The notes beneath the pieces were generated by a model that saw only the letters and a program-made list of their open reading frames with translations, made no database searches and was not told the DNA's origin. A stretch of DNA of 64,000 nt, taken from the NCBI GenBank assembly GCA_964252035.1, contig OZ176204.1. The stretch is one strand, 5' to 3'. Of the stretch, positions 59,791 through 64,000 are shown piece after piece (within the stretch, counting starts at the first letter, position 1; each line of letters starts with the position of its first letter). Made by a program: the position numbers and the translations under genes. The DNA is from Podarcis erhardii. Its lineage: Eukaryota.

Positions 59791-62545
59791 TAGCAAAGCC
59801 AGAAAACAATTCTGGAGACAAATATTGGGGACAGATGTCCCCCTTCAGTCCCTACACTGGATACATATCCATCTCCTTTTCCTTCCCTTCACAAATTTCA
59901 TAATTTTAGCACCCTCTGTTGTCTAAAGTTTTTGTTTTGATCTGGCAGCAGAAGCCCAATAAAGTAGAGGCTGGAAGAGGGAATTCCATAGTCAGGCAAC
60001 TTACTCCTGAGAAATTTCCTTTAGTTCCTTAATGTGCATTGCCACAAAGTACCAAGTGCTGCCCTACTGTAGATAAAAGTGAGACCACAATTCAGGAAAG
60101 GCGGGGAGGGAGCTCAAAGCAGTGCCACATGCTGCTGATTTTGAAATGACACCATGTCTTTGCATGGCACTATGATGAAGTACCCTAAAATTAGCCTTCT
60201 TACTACTTTGTCAAGACTGCATGCAGCGAAGCAAGTAGCCTTCAGTGGGGAGAGGAAAGAGGCGCTGGAGAGGAAAGACCTGGGACTCGCTCACACACAA
60301 GCAGGTCACGCCACTTCCCTCACGGTGAGCTGAGCTGGCTTCTATTCAAATTTCCACAATGGATTATTTGAATGTGATCCATTGCGTGCAAGTGTTCTGG
60401 GATGGAGGTAGGGAGGATATTACAGTGAGAGCACCAGGGAAAGAGAAGAGTTGTTTACTACTTGAGAATTGGTGGGGTGAGCAGTGGGATGAAGGCAGTT
60501 TAATTTTAAAATAAAGGGGTAGGTTTTATATTCTCAAATGTTTTTGTAATGGAGTTGAGAGGGCTTGTTCAAAGCCTAGTTGCCTCAAGGGCCTTTACCA
60601 CATGAAAAAGGATTGAATAGAAGGAGATTATCCTTAAAACTTAGGGCAGCAAGCTTTACAGCTAAAGTAATAGTTTGACAGTTCTGGACATACCTCTTCT
60701 ATTTGTTTAGAATATTATGGTTTTGATGTGTGACTACTGTACAATAAGGGAGAAATATGAAGCTGGGCTCTCTCTTTTTCTTCTAACAATGAGCAGTAGC
60801 CATTTATCAACTTGGAAGTTACCTTACACACCTCCTTCAGTGTCTCAAAAAAGTGCCTATCTAGAGGTTTAGGTAAATGCACATTTATTTACGGTAAATG
60901 TAACCAGTCTCTTCAGTTTAATTTAATGGGTTGATAGCCCTAGTAAAAATTGGATGTACAACCTGTTCTTCCTGTGCTCCCAGAGTGAATTTTCTCTGAT
61001 GTTTCCCTCTCCCCTCACAGAATATTTCTGAGAATCCACAATATTCATTTGGGAATAAAGAGTGCTGTAATGATGCAGGAATAGTTGCAAGTGAGGGAAA
61101 TGGGGACAGTGGGGGCAGGGAGACATAGAATGAATGTTAATGTGTTGTCACATGTTTTGTGGATGTGACTATAAGAAGAAATACTGAAACTGCAGGAGGG
61201 AAAGAAACCTATAGAATATTTGTTTAAGGAGGCAAGGAGGACAATAAGCAGCACAACTGCTTGGATGGTTAAATAGTGAACAAATTACAGAAATTAGGGC
61301 CACTGTCCACACGCAACAGTTCCAAAACAACGTAAGGAAAGCAGGGATAGTGTCACAGGACTTCCCTTATTTAACTTCCTGGGATGAAGGAAGAGGTTTC
61401 CCAAAAGCATCCTTTCACCCCATTAAAAAAATATCAAACATAATAAAGCTGCTCATTATGGAAATAATTTTAACCCCTTTAACCCCTTCCATGAACCATA
61501 ATATTCTTAAGCTTCCCTGGGATACTTTTCCTACTGTAATAGAAGTCAATAGGACATTCCCCAGAAAACCAGTTTGATAATAAAAAAAAAATCCTGGAAG
61601 TAAAGAAAAGAGACCTTTTCACCCATGTGAATATAAGTTATGGTCCAGGAGGCAGATCTACATATTTTAAATAACTGGCCACTCATTCTTGTGAAAGAAT
61701 GGAGTAGTGAATGAAGCCATAGGTTGTGATCAAAATAATGAAATGTGGTTCCCTGTTTGTACCTATTTGTGTTTCCAAAGCCAGCCAGGTCAGCACATTA
61801 GCCAGCCAACATTGTGTTCCTCATTTCATCCTGAACAGTGAAAAATTGGTGAGTGATGATACCTTCTACATTCTATCTGCAAGCTTGGTGGTACTAGCTG
61901 TACCTCTCCTAAGGCAGTTGCTGATGATCAGATGTTTCATGCGAACAACACTATGAAGTTTCATAGAGGCTATGATGTCTGAACTGTAAGGCCAGGTTAT
62001 CTATTTGTGGATCAAAGAAAGTGCTTTCTTGTAGTTCCCCTCAGCATAGGAAGGATTCCCAAAATCCACCTACTCCCCAGCATTTAAAAACAAATAAATC
62101 ATTATAGTAGTTCTGCATATTGTATAAGGAATTTACTTAATTGTTTATGTAGGTCAAAATCCACATTTCCGTGACCTAAAAAGCAAACAACATATGATGT
62201 GCCCTAAAAATAAATATTTCGAATCCTTTTTCTGGCATTCATTTCTGAACAAGTGAATGTGCATAGACCTCTGAATCTCCATTTTCCAGGGTACCAGTTC
62301 ACTCGTAGAGGTGTATGCATTCATGCGTTCAGGTATGTGCAGGTAGACCCCATGCAAATGTTACCTTTAAAAGAGTGAAGGCCAGCCAAGAGGTTTACCC
62401 TCAAACATGCATTCCGTGTTCATTTGTGCACAAATGAATTTCAATAAGAACCTCGAAATGCAGTGAGCGCATGTTCCACCATACTTTAGAATATATGTTT
62501 ATCTTCACCCAAATATGAAAATGTGTCATACAATATGCTCTAGAC

Positions 62546-62868
62546 CAGGGGTCAGCAAACTTTTTCAGCAGGGGGCCAGTCCACTGTCCCTCAGACCTTG
62601 TGGGGGGCCAGACTATTTTTTTTTTGGAGGGGAATGAATGAATTCCTATGCCCCACAAATAACCCAGAGATGCATTTTAAATAAAAGCACACATCCCGCT
62701 CATGTAAAAACACCAGGCAGGCCCCACAAATAACCCAGAGATGCATGTTAAATAAAAGGACACATTCTACTCATGTAAAAACATGCTGATTCCCGGACCG
62801 TCCGCGGGCCGGATTTAGAAGGTGATTGGGCCGGATCCGGCCCCCGGGCCTTAGTTTGCCTACCCATG
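62546..62868. mobile_element. 323-bp hAT MITE with an internal ~71-bp tandem duplication
   Basis: 8-bp TSD ctctagac at 62538-62545 and 62869-62876. TIR caggggtcagcaaact/agtttgcctacccatg. ccccacaaataacccagagatgca occurs at 62651 and 62722. Confidence 0.85.
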
Positions 62869-64000
62869 CTCTAGACTCTTAAATGTACATTCACAGACTA
62901 TATACAAACATATATTACCCCCAGCCCCTAAATAACTACCCAATTGAGAATTCCTGATAGGCAGGGGAAGGAAGTTCCTAAACCGGGGTGTGGCAAGCAA
63001 GAGTGACTTTCTAAATAACTTTTACATTTGCATGTGACACATGGAGAGTGCTATCAAGTGGCCAACCTCAGCTGACCACAGAAATTGTGTGGGACATATG
63101 AATAGTAGATATTTATAGGCAACAGACTTGATACAATTTTTAACAACTATCACCTGCTTAGAACTTTTACATGTTAAAATGTGTTGACCCGCTGTCACAA
63201 CCATAATTTCATAAGAGCCTTCCTTACAATTCTTACTGCCATGGTTTTCCACTTAGTAATGACTTAATATTTGACCCCAAAGCTCATATGCATCTTGGTG
63301 TGTTTGTGTAGAAGTGTAAATGGAGTGTCCACAATGCTGTGCACAGCAGAAGATACTCTTTCTTTGCTGCCCTGGGCAGGGCTGGGCCTACTGTTAGGTG
63401 GAGTGAAGCAGCTGATTTTGGACATCATGAAAGGGCAGCAAATTGATAGTTACTTACTTATTTTTGGTATTTTTTGCTGTCACGGGGGAGGAACATGCAC
63501 TTGTGGGATTTTCCCACCTCAGGTGCCAAATTAATTTGATGGGCTCTGAGTATTATGTATCTTGACTTGAAGCAGATGGGGAGGGCAGGGGAGATCTCTA
63601 GTGACATTCCAAACAAAATATTTTAATGTGCCAGTAGTTAGGATATTTGTAATTATACTAGTCATGTCAAATGACTGATATTTAAAACCTAAGAAGGTTA
63701 GGAAATAACCTAACACAGTTATATTATTAGAGTTTACAATGTTTCTCAGAAGTGAAATTCACTGATTTATTGTGGTCATTTTGGATGGTAATGAAGGAGG
63801 TGAGGACAGGTGACCCCACCAAGGCCCGAAGTCACCCCCCCCCTCAATAATCACCTCAGGCCTCAAAACTGTCCAAAATTCCTTTTGTCTTCTAAAAATC
63901 CACAGCTACAGCTTTTCTGTGGATTCTCACAAGATGCTGCTGCATAAGCAAAACCGTTACTTTTATCAGTAGAAGAAGGCTTCAAAAAGCTAATGAATAG

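Noticed and set aside
55700-64000. MYPN or another protein-coding exon downstream of the HERC4 promoter
   Set aside because: No ORF or hand translation resembles a known protein. The region looks intergenic with repeats.

Overview
Vertebrate nuclear DNA, most likely from a lacertid lizard (inferred from Sauria-type SINEs). The window holds three intact, intron-containing genes, each starting in a CpG island. SIRT1 lies on + (9 coding exons, 626-12673, 793 aa). A second, divergent COX5B-family gene lies on + (4 exons, 17175-22344, 123 aa); from memory, human has no gene between SIRT1 and HERC4. HERC4 lies on - (24 coding exons including a 24-nt microexon, 50185-25853, 1060 aa). All inferred introns are GT-AG and the exon phases add up to open frames. 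Introns and intergenic DNA carry Sauria SINEs, tRNA-headed SINEs, LINE remnants, TA-flanked Tc1/mariner MITEs, hAT MITEs with 8-bp TSDs, and a Penelope-like insertion. The most notable items are: (1) the COX5B paralogue, with a respiratory/hypoxia-type motif set; (2) a minimal hammerhead ribozyme core in HERC4-sense orientation, locked inside a 95-bp hairpin in a HERC4 intron; (3) an 874-bp MITE built from stacked GC-rich hairpins. Exon boundaries were read by hand. Comparisons with human or other species come from memory, not from a database search.
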